DNA of 64,000 bases from Mobula hypostoma (taxonomy: Eukaryota): contig NC_086108.1 of the NCBI RefSeq assembly GCF_963921235.1, forward strand, positions 108,688,001 through 108,752,000, in the 5' to 3' direction. The position numbers and the translations under genes are program-made. The notes beneath the pieces are model-generated. The model had not been told where the DNA came from and ran no database searches. It saw only the letters and a program-made list of their open reading frames with translations. The stretch's first letter is position 1, and the number at the start of each line of letters is the position of its first letter. Below, one piece after another: positions 63,047 through 64,000 of the stretch.

Positions 63047-64000
63047 ACCCACATCACCCAGGTTATGCCCTGATCTCATAGCTATCATCAGGAAGGTCGC
63101 ACAGGAGTGTGAAGGCACGCACTCACCGATTCAGGAACAGCTTCTTCCCTTCTGCCATCCAACTTCTGGATGGAAACTGAACCCATGAACACTAACACAC
63201 TTTTTTTCACAAGCAAGAGAAAATCTGTCGATGCTGGAAATCCGAGCAACACACACAAACGTCTTTTTCCTACTTTTGCACTACTTATTTAATTTAACTA
63301 TTCAATAAATATAATTACTGCAATTCAAGACTTTTTCTCTATTATCATGTATTGCATTGTACTGCTGCTGCTAAGTTAACAAATTTCATGACATTCACCA
63401 GTGACATTAAACCTGATTCTGATTCTGATTCATGAAATTTGTTGGCAGCAATACATTGGAATGTATAATCATAAATACTGTGAATTACATTATGTATATA
63501 CTGTATATAGATTATATTTATATAATTGTTAAATTAATAAAGAAGTACAAAAAAGAGTAGTGAGGTAGTGCTCGTGGGTTCAATGTCCGTTCAGAAATTC
63601 GATGGCAGAGGGGAAGAAAACCGCTTCTGAATTCTTGTGTGAGTGCCTTCAGGCTTCTGTACCTCCTTCCTGATGGAAACAATGAGAAGATGGCATGTCC
63701 TGGGTGACAGGGGTCATTAGCAATGGATGCCCCCTTTTTGAAGCATCACACCTTGAAGTTGTCCTGGATGTTAGGGAGGCTAGTGCCCATGATGGAGATG
63801 ACTGACCTTGAACACCTTAACCCCATGTCCTTTAGTTTAGGATTCACTTTCCCTGAGAATAAAATCTGTGCATTCACCCCATCTATGCCACCTATTATTG
63901 TAGGCTCCACGCCACCAGCTTCAGGAACAGTTAGTACCCCTGAAGGCTCTTGAATGAGAGGGGATAACATCATTCAACTTCTCTCACCCCAGCACTGAAC
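63047..64000. mobile_element. Rex1/Babar-like 3' fragments (plus 63047-63430; minus about 63430-63810; plus 63905-64000)
   Basis: GATTCAGGAACAGCTTCTTCCC (RFRNSFFP) motifs; (CTGATT)n tail at 63413-63430. Confidence 0.7.

Overview
Eukaryotic, repeat-dense, apparently intronic or intergenic vertebrate DNA. The repeat mix (very abundant CR1 LINEs, HE1/V-SINE-like SINEs, Penelope-like elements, Rex1/Babar and RTE relics) suggests a cartilaginous fish such as a ray or shark; this is an inference. No intact host gene is recognisable; the long ORFs are transposon relics or low-complexity artefacts. Recognisable elements: CR1 copies (one near-intact RT region, one nested pair with ORF1 esterase, APE and RT), Penelope-like elements with GIY-YIG remnants and 13-15 bp target-site duplications (TSDs), a tRNA/CORE-type SINE in 3 copies, Tc1-like and Chapaev3-like DNA transposon derivatives, a 44-bp minisatellite and a 1.1-kb pyrimidine tract. 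The most interesting layer is RNA structure. Many minimal hammerhead-ribozyme motifs sit in the Penelope termini, including a 200-bp fold-back mini-element. A non-coding ~570-bp retroposon has a head that folds like an HDV/CPEB3-type ribozyme and shares its 3' tail with the tRNA-headed SINE. All family names are by-eye recognition, and boundaries without a TSD are approximate.
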